This document shows positions 8,504 to 18,062 of a stretch of 57,594 nt of DNA, piece after piece. The position numbers and the translations under genes are program-made. The number at the start of each line of letters is the position of its first letter. Within the stretch, counting starts at the first letter, position 1. Source of the DNA: Armatimonadota bacterium (GTDB lineage: Bacteria; Armatimonadota; UBA5829); the NCBI GenBank assembly GCA_012522555.1, contig JAAYKG010000060.1, positions 1-57,594 of the forward strand, read 5' to 3'. The notes under the pieces are model-generated. The model saw nothing but the letters and a program-made list of their open reading frames with translations. It did not search any database and was not told the origin of the DNA.

Positions 8504-10555
8504 TCAATCCCTGGGGTAAATCCGCACCACAAGCGGGCTGAACGGTTCGATATTCAACTCGAGCCACAGCTTGCTGCCGGTCATTTCAGCCCGTGCGCCT
8601 TCGACTTCCACTTCCGCCATCAATCCCATATCCGCTAACGGCAGTTCGATGCTGCGCGATATCGGCGCATCGGTCAAGTTAAACGCATTCAACACGCAAT
8701 GCCCCGTGTCTTCAAGCACATGAAAATGCGTCAGCTCATCAAGCCCATGAAACTCGCCGTTTACATATAACTCCTTCATGGACAGATACTGCGCCAGAGC
8801 CTGCTTATATGCCTGCCGCCGTTTATCGGTTCGCCCTCCGCAGATGCCGATGTGTTTGATAGTCGACACATACCACCAAAATGCCAGGCACTGATCGTTA
8901 TCTGCGTCCATATCCAACGGCATATATAACGGCAGATCATAAGCCAATCGATAGTAAAACAAGCTCAGCGATTCGCCCGACAGAAGGTTCTCAAGAGGGC
9001 TGCTCGCCAGTTGAAACGACCACCCTTCATGAAAAGTCCTGTCATAATCGTGCAGATAGTAGATAGGCAGATACCCAACCCCCCACGGCCACACCGGGTC
9101 GTGCAATTCCGTGAGCAGGTTCGGATGATGTTCGCGGATCCCGCGAATCAGGCTAATCACCGCTCGGGCGTGCATATCCGGAGTCGTCGGTACCTTGTGC
9201 CCGTGTCTGCCGTGGAAGCAAGCCCCGCGCCAGTCGAACTCATCAAAGACCATAAATGAGACCCCAGCGTCCGCAAGGCTCTGCAGTCGGCGCAGCATTT
9301 CCTGCTTACATTCATCAAAAACAACGCACGGCTCGTAGAATGGCTTTTGCGGATCGGCGGCGTAATAACCAACGTGTCCATCGTAGGTGCGGCGATACAT
9401 ATCGGGGTATCCATCGTGATAACTGCGGCCAATCACCCTTATGCCGGTCTGCAGGCCATATTGGTCGCGCATTCGTTCAACGAAGCTGCCGACAGCTCCC
9501 AAACGAGTTGTGTCCCATATCGAATTCCCTCGTTCGTTCTCCCACTCCGAGCCGAGTTGCAGAGCCTCGCAGCCAATATCCCGCGCGGCGGCCGCCTCTT
9601 TCTCGATATCAGCCAGGCTTGTAGCCTGGGCCGGCAGAGACCACACCACCGGCGGGTTATAATCATCCGGCAGGCCGTGGCCAAGCCCGGCCAGATAATC
9701 CTTAAAAATATACGCTCCCCTGCGCCACAATCCCTCGTAAAACTTATAATGTGTCTGCCCAAAGCCAACTTCGAGGCCCGGTCCCAGCCGCACCGCCTCG
9801 GAAGGTTCATCATACAGCGCAGGAGCAGCTCCGCCGAAGACCAGATATCTTGCCCCATCATCAGTGCGCTCGGTATCCAGCATACTGTATTCGATCATCG
9901 CAGGATTATACTTAAGCATAAGCAGACCGTGCTCTCCGTCGGTCCAAGCCCACGCCTCAGAACGCGCCTGCCCTCGATCCACTATCTCGCTGCTGATACT
10001 AGTGCGGTTTGCATATTCCGAGCATTGATACCTGGCGTGATATAGATCATCAACATGATAGTCGTGTTTTTTTCCGTCCGGCTGCAGTCGAAACGGAATG
10101 GCTATCGCCCGATAATTCTCGATGTCGATTCCAGCGCCGCCGTATTCGACGGAAGGCTGTAACTGCTTGCGAAAACCGAACCGATAACCCCGCAGCGCCA
10201 AATGCTTTTCAGAAGGGTTGCGCAGCAGGATTTGCTCGTCGAAAAACTCATCATCGTCTGGCAGATACAACCTGTGCCGAATGTCCACTTCAACTCCGGA
10301 GCCTGCCGCACCCAGCCTGCCGCTGATTGTGACGATACGCCCCCCTCGATCCGGGGATTCCTCGGTCACCTCCGGGTTCCATAGACCATCGAGGACTACG
10401 ATCTTTTCGGCGTGCTCGACCGCTGCCTGGTAGCAGTAGTCACTATCCGCGAAAGCAACTCCGGAATAGTTGTCGGTCAGAACACATCGCCCTGTGCGAT
10501 CGTCTAATTCTATATCAAGCCGGTAACGCGCCGTATGTAGACTGAGTTGAGCCAT
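8504..10555 (-). CDS. hypothetical glycoside-hydrolase-like protein (alpha-galactosidase/GH36-like TIM barrel; function tentative)
   Basis: Uninterrupted 683-aa ORF without a signal peptide. The central region (ALQLGSEWENERG ... GVSFMVFDEFDW) resembles the melibiase-type (beta/alpha)8 catalytic core. Confidence 0.7.
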   Translation of the reverse strand: MAQLSLHTARYRLDIELDDRTGRCVLTDNYSGVAFADSDYCYQAAVEHAEKIVVLDGLWNPEVTEESPDRGGRIVTISGRLGAAGSGVEVDIRHRLYLPDDDEFFDEQILLRNPSEKHLALRGYRFGFRKQLQPSVEYGGAGIDIENYRAIAIPFRLQPDGKKHDYHVDDLYHARYQCSEYANRTSISSEIVDRGQARSEAWAWTDGEHGLLMLKYNPAMIEYSMLDTERTDDGARYLVFGGAAPALYDEPSEAVRLGPGLEVGFGQTHYKFYEGLWRRGAYIFKDYLAGLGHGLPDDYNPPVVWSLPAQATSLADIEKEAAAARDIGCEALQLGSEWENERGNSIWDTTRLGAVGSFVERMRDQYGLQTGIRVIGRSYHDGYPDMYRRTYDGHVGYYAADPQKPFYEPCVVFDECKQEMLRRLQSLADAGVSFMVFDEFDWRGACFHGRHGHKVPTTPDMHARAVISLIRGIREHHPNLLTELHDPVWPWGVGYLPIYYLHDYDRTFHEGWSFQLASSPLENLLSGESLSLFYYRLAYDLPLYMPLDMDADNDQCLAFWWYVSTIKHIGICGGRTDKRRQAYKQALAQYLSMKELYVNGEFHGLDELTHFHVLEDTGHCVLNAFNLTDAPISRSIELPLADMGLMAEVEVEGARAEMTGSKLWLELNIEPFSPLVVRIYPRD

Positions 10556-10636
10556 ATCAGAATCGCTATCTCCTTGAAAAGCGGCAAGGGTATTATGCCC
10601 TTCCCGTCAATCAGTGTCAAATGACGTTTGCTGAAG

Positions 10637-10665
10637 TTGACACGACTGTTCAGGAATAGGACAAT
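10637..10665 (+). promoter_or_regulatory. candidate sigma-70 promoter for the resB operon (TTGACA-N17-GACAAT)
   Basis: TTGACA at 10637-10642 and GACAAT at 10660-10665, about 50 nt upstream of the resB GTG. Confidence 0.3.
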
Positions 10666-10717
10666 ACAATAGAAGTGGGAGACGGCGAATAGGCTGTCTT
10701 TCGCAGGAGGTCTGTTT

Positions 10718-12118
10718 GTGAGTGAAGTCGATCTGCGCGACGACGTAGAAAAGATGGATAATTCCCCGAAGCAAAAGGATATCGGCGCAATGGAGGCGCT
10801 GTGGAGCCTGTTTAGCTCGATGAAAACGGCCATCGTGCTGCTGCTGGGGCTTGCTGCTGTGTCGATATTCGGCACAGTCATCGAGGATAAGCACGGCATT
10901 ACGATCTACCACTCTTCGTGGTTCTCGGTGCTTCTTGTTTTGGTAGGGATAAACCTGGCGGTGTGCAGCATTAACAGGTTCGGCATCGCCTGGAGAAAGA
11001 CCGTCAAACCCTGCATCGAAACGGACTCCGCGCAGGTGGCGGCGATGAACATCTCAGAGACCGTTTCATCATCAGACTCGGTTGAATCGGCGACGCAAAA
11101 ATTGCTTGGGGCGCTGCGTGGAGGGTCATATCGACCCCTGAGCCGTGGTGACGAAAAAGAGGCTTCGATCTACGCAGCCAAAGGCTCGGCGGTGATCTGG
11201 GGGCCGTATTTGACCCACCTCAGCATCCTCGTGATCTTTATCGGGGCGATATTTGGCGGTATTCTAGGCACCGATGGTAATGCTATCATTTTGGAAGGCG
11301 AAAAGACGGCCGGGTATTTCACGGAAAACAGCAACAAGCAGATACCCCTCGGCTTTGAAGTCAAACTGAAAAAATTTGAGATCAAACACGACGGTAAAGG
11401 CAACCCAACAGCCTATCGAAGCGACCTGCAGGTTTATGACGGCGGCAAGGTTGCGGCACACAAAATCATCGACGTCAATCACCCGCTTACATATAACGGG
11501 ATGACTTTTTATCAGAGTGACTATGGTATCGCGGGGGTGATTATCAAAGTCACATCGCCCGATGGCGACACAGCGAGCATTCCGTTCGAGGTCGGCTTGG
11601 ACAATCGTTCCGGCGCGAAGATGTTTGTGATCGCCGAAGAGCCGTTCAAAGAGTTCACACTGAGTGGGAAAAAGTGGACCATTTTCGTGCATGATCTGGT
11701 TCCTGATTATATCGGCGGCAAGGCGCTCAATCGAAGTAATTTGCCGGTGAACGTCGCCGTCAATATTATGCTCAACGATCGGTTTCCTGAGTATAAAGGG
11801 CTGGATGCGTGGAAGCGGCTTGGATGGGTTCCTGTGTCCAAAACCGCCGAATATGACGGGCTTAAGGTCACCCTGGAAGAGGTGATTAACTACACCGGCC
11901 TGCAGGTGGCGCGAAACCCGGCGCTGCCGATTGTGTATGCCGGGTTTATTTTGATGGTGGTCGGTTTGTTTATGTCTTTTTATGTGACTCGCCGGATCAT
12001 TAGAATCAGCGTAGTCGAATCCGGCAGCGGCTCTGATGTGACGATTGGGGCCTCCTCGAAAGCCGAACCGGAGATATTTGAGAAAGATTTCAAACGTCTG
12101 CGCGAGTCGATCTCGTAG
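10718..12118 (+). CDS. resB: cytochrome c biogenesis protein ResB/Ccs1 (system II)
   Basis: GTG start 7 nt after AGGAGG. LWSLFSSMKTAIVLLLGLAAVSIFGTVIE is a ResB N-terminal signature. Large periplasmic domain with a C-terminal TM helix, followed by ccsA. Confidence 0.9.
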   Translation: MSEVDLRDDVEKMDNSPKQKDIGAMEALWSLFSSMKTAIVLLLGLAAVSIFGTVIEDKHGITIYHSSWFSVLLVLVGINLAVCSINRFGIAWRKTVKPCIETDSAQVAAMNISETVSSSDSVESATQKLLGALRGGSYRPLSRGDEKEASIYAAKGSAVIWGPYLTHLSILVIFIGAIFGGILGTDGNAIILEGEKTAGYFTENSNKQIPLGFEVKLKKFEIKHDGKGNPTAYRSDLQVYDGGKVAAHKIIDVNHPLTYNGMTFYQSDYGIAGVIIKVTSPDGDTASIPFEVGLDNRSGAKMFVIAEEPFKEFTLSGKKWTIFVHDLVPDYIGGKALNRSNLPVNVAVNIMLNDRFPEYKGLDAWKRLGWVPVSKTAEYDGLKVTLEEVINYTGLQVARNPALPIVYAGFILMVVGLFMSFYVTRRIIRISVVESGSGSDVTIGASSKAEPEIFEKDFKRLRESIS

Positions 12119-12142
12119 CAGGGTCGGAGGATCATTTTATTT

Positions 12143-13003
12143 ATGACTGAACAACTGGGCCTGAGCCTGTTTAAGTATGCTTTTTGGATATATCTGGTCT
12201 CAGCGGCCTGTTATCTCGTCGCATTGGTGGGCAGCCAAACGAGATTGGCGCGAGTCGGGCGAGTATTGTTGGTGGCTGGGCTTGCTGTGCATACGGCGTC
12301 GATAACGATAATCGCGATAGTCATCGGCAGACTCCCGCTGCTGAATTTGTATGAGTATATGCTCTCATTCACGTGGGCTGCTGTTGTAGTCTATCTGGCG
12401 GTGGAACTATTTACAAGGAACTCTTCATTGGGCGGCTTCAGCGTGCCTTTGATATCGGCGTTTGCTCTATTTACGATGAGATTGCCAAACGCCAAAATCG
12501 ACTACAGCGTTATGCCTGCTTTGCAAAGCGCGTGGCGGACCCCGCATATTGTGAGTGGGATTCTGGCATACGGAGCCTCGATGGTGGCTTTTGTGCTGGC
12601 GGTGATGTATCTGCTCAGGGAAAATGCGGACCGGCGAGCGCAAGCTGATCCGAAGTCGCAGTCTCGATCATTTTGGGCAAGCAGGCTCCCTGTGGCGAAG
12701 GTGCTGGATCGCACGATCTATCGCACGGTCGCATTTGGGTTTTTGATGCAGACGCTGCTGGTGGTGATTGGCGCTGTTTGGGCACAGATCGCGTGGGGAA
12801 GGTATTGGGGCTGGGACCCAAAAGAGACCTGGTCGCTGATCACCTGGCTAATCTACGCGACCTATTTGCATACCCACACAATGATGGGATGGAGGGGCCG
12901 CAGGTCGGCATGGCTTGCGATTATCGGCTTCGGCGCGACTATCTTCACGTTCCTTGGGGTTACATATTTCTTCCACGGGCTGCATAGCTACGCTACAGGA
13001 TAA
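12143..13003 (+). CDS. ccsA: cytochrome c-type biogenesis protein CcsA/ResC
   Basis: Trp-rich heme-handling motif WGRYWGWDPKETWSLITWL with conserved His residues. Polytopic membrane protein. Confidence 0.92.
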   Translation: MTEQLGLSLFKYAFWIYLVSAACYLVALVGSQTRLARVGRVLLVAGLAVHTASITIIAIVIGRLPLLNLYEYMLSFTWAAVVVYLAVELFTRNSSLGGFSVPLISAFALFTMRLPNAKIDYSVMPALQSAWRTPHIVSGILAYGASMVAFVLAVMYLLRENADRRAQADPKSQSRSFWASRLPVAKVLDRTIYRTVAFGFLMQTLLVVIGAVWAQIAWGRYWGWDPKETWSLITWLIYATYLHTHTMMGWRGRRSAWLAIIGFGATIFTFLGVTYFFHGLHSYATG

Positions 13004-13005
13004 TA

Positions 13006-13632
13006 ATGGCGCATTATTCGATAAGTGTAAATCTGGCGCACCGGAAATGTGTGGTGGTCGGAGGGGGCAAGATCGCGGAGCGCAAAGCGAAGACGCTTCT
13101 GGATTTTGACGCTCGCGTGCACGTGGTCTCCCCTGAACTCACCGCAACTTTGAGTGAACTGGCGAATCAAGGACTTATCGAGCATGCAGCGCAGAACTAT
13201 AATAGCACACACCTTGATGGCGCATTTCTGGCTGTTGCGGCTACGGATGATATGCTTGTCAACAGAGCGGTTTCGGTGGATGCTCAGAGCCGAAACATTC
13301 TGGTCAATGTGGTTGATGTGCCGGAATTGTGCACTTTTTTTGTGCCGGCGATGGTGCGACGGGGAGATCTTGTTATAAGCGTGTCCACTTCGGGTAAAAG
13401 CCCGGCATTGGCGCGCCGCATTCGACAGCGACTAGAGTCTGATTTTGGATCGGAATATGGGGAACTTGCCGCGCTGCTGGGCGAGGTGCGGAGTGAAGTG
13501 AAAGCTCTTTACCCTGATATTTCCGATCGTAACCGAGCCTATCTTCGCATATTGGACTCGGATGTTCTCGATTTGCTGGCGGCGGGCCGAACCAAAGAAG
13601 CTATTGAAAGGGCGCGCGAGTGCATCTTGTAG
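13006..13632 (+). CDS. precorrin-2 dehydrogenase / sirohydrochlorin ferrochelatase (SirC/CysG N-terminal type)
   Basis: VVVGGGKIAERKAKTLL Rossmann motif. The 208-aa siroheme-synthase N-domain architecture lies immediately upstream of hemA. Confidence 0.85.
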   Translation: MAHYSISVNLAHRKCVVVGGGKIAERKAKTLLDFDARVHVVSPELTATLSELANQGLIEHAAQNYNSTHLDGAFLAVAATDDMLVNRAVSVDAQSRNILVNVVDVPELCTFFVPAMVRRGDLVISVSTSGKSPALARRIRQRLESDFGSEYGELAALLGEVRSEVKALYPDISDRNRAYLRILDSDVLDLLAAGRTKEAIERARECIL

Positions 13633-14948
13633 TCATCGGCCTCAACCACGAGACCGCACCAGTCGAAATCCGGGAGAAATTGAGCATCACCGACCAGCAG
13701 TTGCCGGATGCGCTGCGTGGACTCGCATCGCTGGACGAGGTTTTGGAGTGCGTCATCCTCTCCACCTGTAACCGCACTGAAATATATGCCTGCACCCCAA
13801 CCAGGGCAAATGACGCCGTGATCGTTGATTGGATGAGCAAATATTTTAGTGTGAGCGCTGAAGATTTTCAGCCGTTTACTTATTCTCGAGCCGGTCACAA
13901 AGCGATAGAGCACCTGTTCAGAGTGGCTTCGGGGATCGATTCGATGGTTCTGGGAGAAGCTCAGATACTTGGGCAAGTGAAGTCGGCCCACGCCGCGGCT
14001 GCCGCTTTGCCATCGGCCCACACCCTCCTTGGAGGACTCTTTCAGAAGGCGATTTCGGTGGGCAAGAGAGTCCGCACAGAAACCGAGATAGGTCGAGGCG
14101 CGTTTTCGGTAGGCTCGGTAGCGGTCAGGATTGCACGATCGATCTTCGATGATCTCAAGGGGCGAAGCGTGTTGATTATCGGCGCGGGCAAAATGGGTGA
14201 GCTGACTGCGACCCATCTTACTTCATCCGGCGCCGATTCCGTGCTTGTGGCAAACCGCACCCAGCAGAAAGCAATCGACCTGGCCGCAAGGTTCGACGGG
14301 CGCGCAGTGGCGTTTGAGGACAGGCAATCGGCTATGTTGTCGGTGGATATAGTCATTACATCAACAGGCGCAGGGGAGCCGATAGTCAACAAAGACATGG
14401 TGGCGTCGGTGATGCGGGCGCGGCGCGGCAGGCCGCTGTTCTTTATAGATATCGCAGTGCCGAGGGATGTCGAAGCGCAGGTCGGCAGCCTGGATGGGGT
14501 GTTTGTCTACAATATAGACGACCTGCGGTGCGCTGTCGAAGAGCAGGCGGAGGGGCGACGTGAGGAGGTGGCGAAGGTGGAGGAGATTATCGGCTCGGAG
14601 GTCGAGGAGTTTTTAGTGAAATTCCGCACCCTGGATGCGATTCCGGTGATAACGGCCCTGCGAGAGAAGTTTGAAGATATCAGGCAGCAGGAGCTTGATA
14701 GGCTGCAAAGCAAGCTCAAACATCTTTCCCGAGAGGATTTGGAGCTTATCGGCGTCTCGACCCGCTCTATAGTAAATAGAATCTGCCACACGCCTATGAT
14801 ACAGATTAAGGACTACGCCATACAGGACGATTCCTCCGACAAGCTGGATATGATCTGCGACTTGTTCGGGATATGTCGTATCGAACAAACCGACGAAAAT
14901 CAGCCTCAGACAGCTCAGGCGAATGATCTTGGGGGCAAGCGGCCATAA
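13620..14948 (+). CDS. hemA: glutamyl-tRNA reductase
   Basis: GTG start. VVIGLNHETAPVEIREKLS, catalytic STCNRTEIY and GAGKMGE NADPH motifs. Confidence 0.95.
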   Translation: MHLVVIGLNHETAPVEIREKLSITDQQLPDALRGLASLDEVLECVILSTCNRTEIYACTPTRANDAVIVDWMSKYFSVSAEDFQPFTYSRAGHKAIEHLFRVASGIDSMVLGEAQILGQVKSAHAAAAALPSAHTLLGGLFQKAISVGKRVRTETEIGRGAFSVGSVAVRIARSIFDDLKGRSVLIIGAGKMGELTATHLTSSGADSVLVANRTQQKAIDLAARFDGRAVAFEDRQSAMLSVDIVITSTGAGEPIVNKDMVASVMRARRGRPLFFIDIAVPRDVEAQVGSLDGVFVYNIDDLRCAVEEQAEGRREEVAKVEEIIGSEVEEFLVKFRTLDAIPVITALREKFEDIRQQELDRLQSKLKHLSREDLELIGVSTRSIVNRICHTPMIQIKDYAIQDDSSDKLDMICDLFGICRIEQTDENQPQTAQANDLGGKRP

Positions 14949-14974
14949 TAATCGATATCGCTCTAATTTTATAT

Positions 14975-15757
14975 TTGTGCGCAGCGGTGCTATACCTCTG
15001 GAGTATGCTGGGAGGGAGCGGCCGCGCCAGGCGTGGAGCGCAAACGGCAGCGGTTTTGGGGGTTGTTGCGCAAGGTGTGGCTATCGTCATAGCATGCGTC
15101 CAGAACCAACAAATTGCAATCAACAATCTATCAGACTCGCTGATGTTTCTTGCGTGGGGGTTGGTGGGGCTGTATTTGTTGATGGAGCGTCGGTTCCGCA
15201 TCGCTATCGTGGGCGCGTTCACCACTCTTCTGGCAGCGTGTTTGATCGTAATAGCATCATCACTGCCGCAAAGCATCAGCGCCGAACTGCTGCCTGCGCT
15301 GCAAAGCCACTGGAACGCGATTCACACCATCACCTGCCTGCTCGGATACAGCGCATTTACGTTGGCGTGCGGCGCGGCGGTGGTATATTCGATTCAGGAG
15401 CGGATGTTAAAAGCCAAGCGAATTAATATGTTTCAGAAGCATCTGCCTTCGCTGGACGTCGCCGACCGGCTGGCCTACAAGTTGGTGTCGATAGGGTTTC
15501 CGATGCTGACGATTGGCATCATCACAGGTTCGCTGTGGGCGCAGTCGGCGTGGAGTTCATACTGGAACTGGGATCCAAAAGAAACCTGGTCTTTGATCAC
15601 CTGGCTGGTATACGCAGCGTATCTTCACGTGAGGCTGATCAGCCGCAGGCGCGGTAAGTGGTCGAATCGCCTGCTTGTGATCGGTTTCTTGTGTGTGTTA
15701 ATGACATTCGTTGGGGTCAATTTACTTGATTTCGGCCTGCACAGATATAACTGGTAG
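14975..15757 (+). CDS. CcsA-family cytochrome c assembly protein paralogue (HemX-like position after hemA)
   Basis: WSSYWNWDPKETWSLITWLVYAAYLH Trp-rich motif in a polytopic protein. Start is uncertain (TTG 14975, or a few codons upstream). Confidence 0.85.
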   Translation: MCAAVLYLWSMLGGSGRARRGAQTAAVLGVVAQGVAIVIACVQNQQIAINNLSDSLMFLAWGLVGLYLLMERRFRIAIVGAFTTLLAACLIVIASSLPQSISAELLPALQSHWNAIHTITCLLGYSAFTLACGAAVVYSIQERMLKAKRINMFQKHLPSLDVADRLAYKLVSIGFPMLTIGIITGSLWAQSAWSSYWNWDPKETWSLITWLVYAAYLHVRLISRRRGKWSNRLLVIGFLCVLMTFVGVNLLDFGLHRYNW

Positions 15758-15796
15758 CGTTTCGTGTCGATAATATCAATTTAGTCCAGGGCCGAT

Positions 15797-16007
15797 GCAC
15801 AATTTACTCCCTCTCCCTTGAGGGAGAGGGCGGGGGTGAGGGGGTAAGCCAGCAAAACTGGGTAGGGTGCTGATGCTATGAAAGATGATGCAAAAGGATA
15901 GATTTCACCCTCACCCTGACCCTCTCCCCCGGGAGAGGGGACTTTGAGCCTCACTCTCTCCCCCTGCGACGCAGGCACAATTTACCCCCTCTCCCCCAAG
16001 AGACGGG
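15797..16007. repeat. cluster of three GC-rich palindromic repeat units (CCCTCTCCC/GGGAGAGGG hairpins with GGTGAGGG arms)
   Basis: Unit A is 15797-15846, unit B 15905-15942 (inverted relative to A) and unit C 15975-16007. GCACAATTTACYCCCTCTCCC occurs at both 15797 and 15975. The 65-aa ORF across the cluster (GEG/SPL low complexity) is an artefact. Confidence 0.6.
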
Positions 16008-16115
16008 ATTGGCTGGTTTAGTGCGAAAAATTCCCTTAAGACGGAGAGCGTATTTACAGTAGTGCGGCAAATGTGCTATCCTCTATTGGATTCAGCTCAG
16101 GAGGATTGGCAGCAG

Positions 16116-17339
16116 GTGATAGTCGTCCAAAAATACGGCGGCAGCTCAGTCGCCACAACAGAAAAGATCGCAGCAGTCGCAAAACGAGTCGCCGAGCGGG
16201 CTAAAGAAGCCTGCGTGGTGGTGGTTGTTTCGGCGATGGGCGATACTACCGATGAGCTTATAAGCATGGCCAGACAGCTCAGTTCTATGCCGGAGGATCG
16301 CGAGATGGACAAACTTCTTGCGACCGGGGAGCAGGCCTCCAGCGCCTTGCTGGCGATGGCAATGCACGATCTGGGTATTCGCGCAGTGTCGCTGACCGGC
16401 GGCCAGGCAGGGATAATCACGGAACGCACCGCAGGCAGAGCGAGAATCCTCAAAATAGACGTCAAGCGGCTTCGAGAGGAGCTTAATAAACAGAACGTTG
16501 TTGTTGTCGCCGGATTTCAGGGGATAACAGAGAACGCCAGTTGGGCCGATATTACAACGCTCGGCCGCGGAGGGTCGGACACTACTGCAGTCGCTCTTGC
16601 GGCCGCACTGAAGGCGGATAGCTGCGAGATATTCACAGACGTCGATGGTGTGTATACAGCGGATCCTCGCATTGAAGCTGACGCTCGAAAGCTTGATACG
16701 ATCAGTTATGAAGAAATGCTGGAGATGGCTGGGCAGGGCGCTCGGGTTATGCACTCGCGAGCGGTCGAGCTTGGCGAACTATACGATGTTGATATCCTTG
16801 TGGCCAATAGCACAAAAGACGTTCCCGGAACCGTGATTAAAAAGGAGGACGACGAAATGGAAGTCCGCAACCCTGTGCGTGGGATTGCTCATGATACCGA
16901 TGTGACGCGCATCACTGTCGCGGGAGTCCCCGATCAACCAGGAATCGCATCCAGGTTGTTTGCGACTCTGGCGCATTCAAATATCAACGTGGATGTGATC
17001 GTGCAAAATGTCGGCACGGAGGGGCTGGCTGATGTGTCGTTCACTGTGCAAGATGCGGACCTGGAGAAGGCCAAGAAAGCAATCGGGCCTGTGACCAGCG
17101 AAATCGAGGCGCGCGAAGTCGTGGTCGATCAAAACGTCGCTAAAGTTTCGATAGTCGGCAGTGGAATACGCAGCAACCCCGGATACGCCGAAAAAATGTT
17201 CACTGCGTTTGCCGCTGCGGAGATAAATATTCTGTCTATCACAACAAGTGAGATTCGCATCACCTGCCTAATAGCCAGAAATCAAGTCAAAAATGCGGTC
17301 CGAGCGCTCCACAGAGCATTTGAGCTGGAAAAGGCCTGA
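16116..17339 (+). CDS. lysC: aspartate kinase (monofunctional, two C-terminal ACT domains)
   Basis: VVQKYGGSSV kinase N-terminal motif and tandem ACT regions. Start placed at GTG 16116 behind AGGAGGA, not at the ORF-track ATG 16062. Confidence 0.93.
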   Translation: MIVVQKYGGSSVATTEKIAAVAKRVAERAKEACVVVVVSAMGDTTDELISMARQLSSMPEDREMDKLLATGEQASSALLAMAMHDLGIRAVSLTGGQAGIITERTAGRARILKIDVKRLREELNKQNVVVVAGFQGITENASWADITTLGRGGSDTTAVALAAALKADSCEIFTDVDGVYTADPRIEADARKLDTISYEEMLEMAGQGARVMHSRAVELGELYDVDILVANSTKDVPGTVIKKEDDEMEVRNPVRGIAHDTDVTRITVAGVPDQPGIASRLFATLAHSNINVDVIVQNVGTEGLADVSFTVQDADLEKAKKAIGPVTSEIEAREVVVDQNVAKVSIVGSGIRSNPGYAEKMFTAFAAAEINILSITTSEIRITCLIARNQVKNAVRALHRAFELEKA

Positions 17340-17352
17340 AGAATATTTTGCG

Positions 17353-17383
17353 AAAAGCCCGTCGCCAGGCGGGCTTTTTTTGT
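17353..17383 (+). terminator. rho-independent terminator after lysC
   Basis: AAAAGCCCG...CGGGCTTTTTTT hairpin plus T-run, 14 nt after the lysC stop. Confidence 0.75.
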
Positions 17384-17489
17384 ATGCGGGGGATTGATGA
17401 GCAGGATTAAACGCGAGCTATTTCTTTTTTATTCGCGACCTTTGTTTCGTACGTGTGAGATTATCTGCAACCATGCGGCTCGTCTATTT

Positions 17490-17987
17490 ATGAAAAAGAG
17501 CGCTCTTGGCCATCCCAAAATACGCGAGCAACTTGAACGCCTCAACAAAAACCGCATCGACCTCCAGCGCGAGCTTAATTCTATAGGCACAGGGCACAGT
17601 CACATATGCGCGGAGTGCCGAGGCAAATGCTGCGGAGGCGTTCGGGAGCGAGACTCGTTTATAGATAGGATAATTCAAGACCCCGAAACTCGGCATCTGA
17701 GCGCTCGGCGCAAATCCGGCGAAATGGCTGCCTATAAATATATTACCCACTCAACGGAGATCGCCGAAGCCAAACCTGTCGAGGGTTTCTGCGCCGAACT
17801 TACCAACCAGGGCTGCAAAATTCCTTACGAACTTCGCCCTATGCAATGCACGGCTTATTTCTGTCGTCTGGCCATCCGCCAGCTTTCAGAAACGGACTGC
17901 GACAGGGGAATCCGCGCATTAACTGGGTTAATGCGAGTTCAATTTCGTACGGTAATCCTTGCCATTACAACTGTCATCTACACCTAA
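17490..17987 (+). CDS. YkgJ-family cysteine-cluster protein (putative Zn/Fe-chelating domain)
   Basis: CAECRGKCCGG (CxxCxxxCC) plus a downstream GCKIPYELRPMQCTAYFC, as in the UPF0153/YkgJ family. Start at ATG 17490 is preferred over the upstream ORF-track start. Confidence 0.7.
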   Translation: MKKSALGHPKIREQLERLNKNRIDLQRELNSIGTGHSHICAECRGKCCGGVRERDSFIDRIIQDPETRHLSARRKSGEMAAYKYITHSTEIAEAKPVEGFCAELTNQGCKIPYELRPMQCTAYFCRLAIRQLSETDCDRGIRALTGLMRVQFRTVILAITTVIYT

Positions 17988-18062
17988 CTGCTAGATATAT
18001 GAATTGCTTTGGCACAGTAGTTGCAGATAAAGTTATTATTTGCGTAACTGGGTGGGCTAAAG

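Noticed and set aside
15781-15978. 65-aa ORF (MPASQGERVRLKVPSPGGEGQGEGE...)
   Set aside because: It is a translation of the GC-rich palindromic repeats. The low-complexity GEG/SPL sequence mirrors the hairpin arms, so this is a repeat and not a gene.
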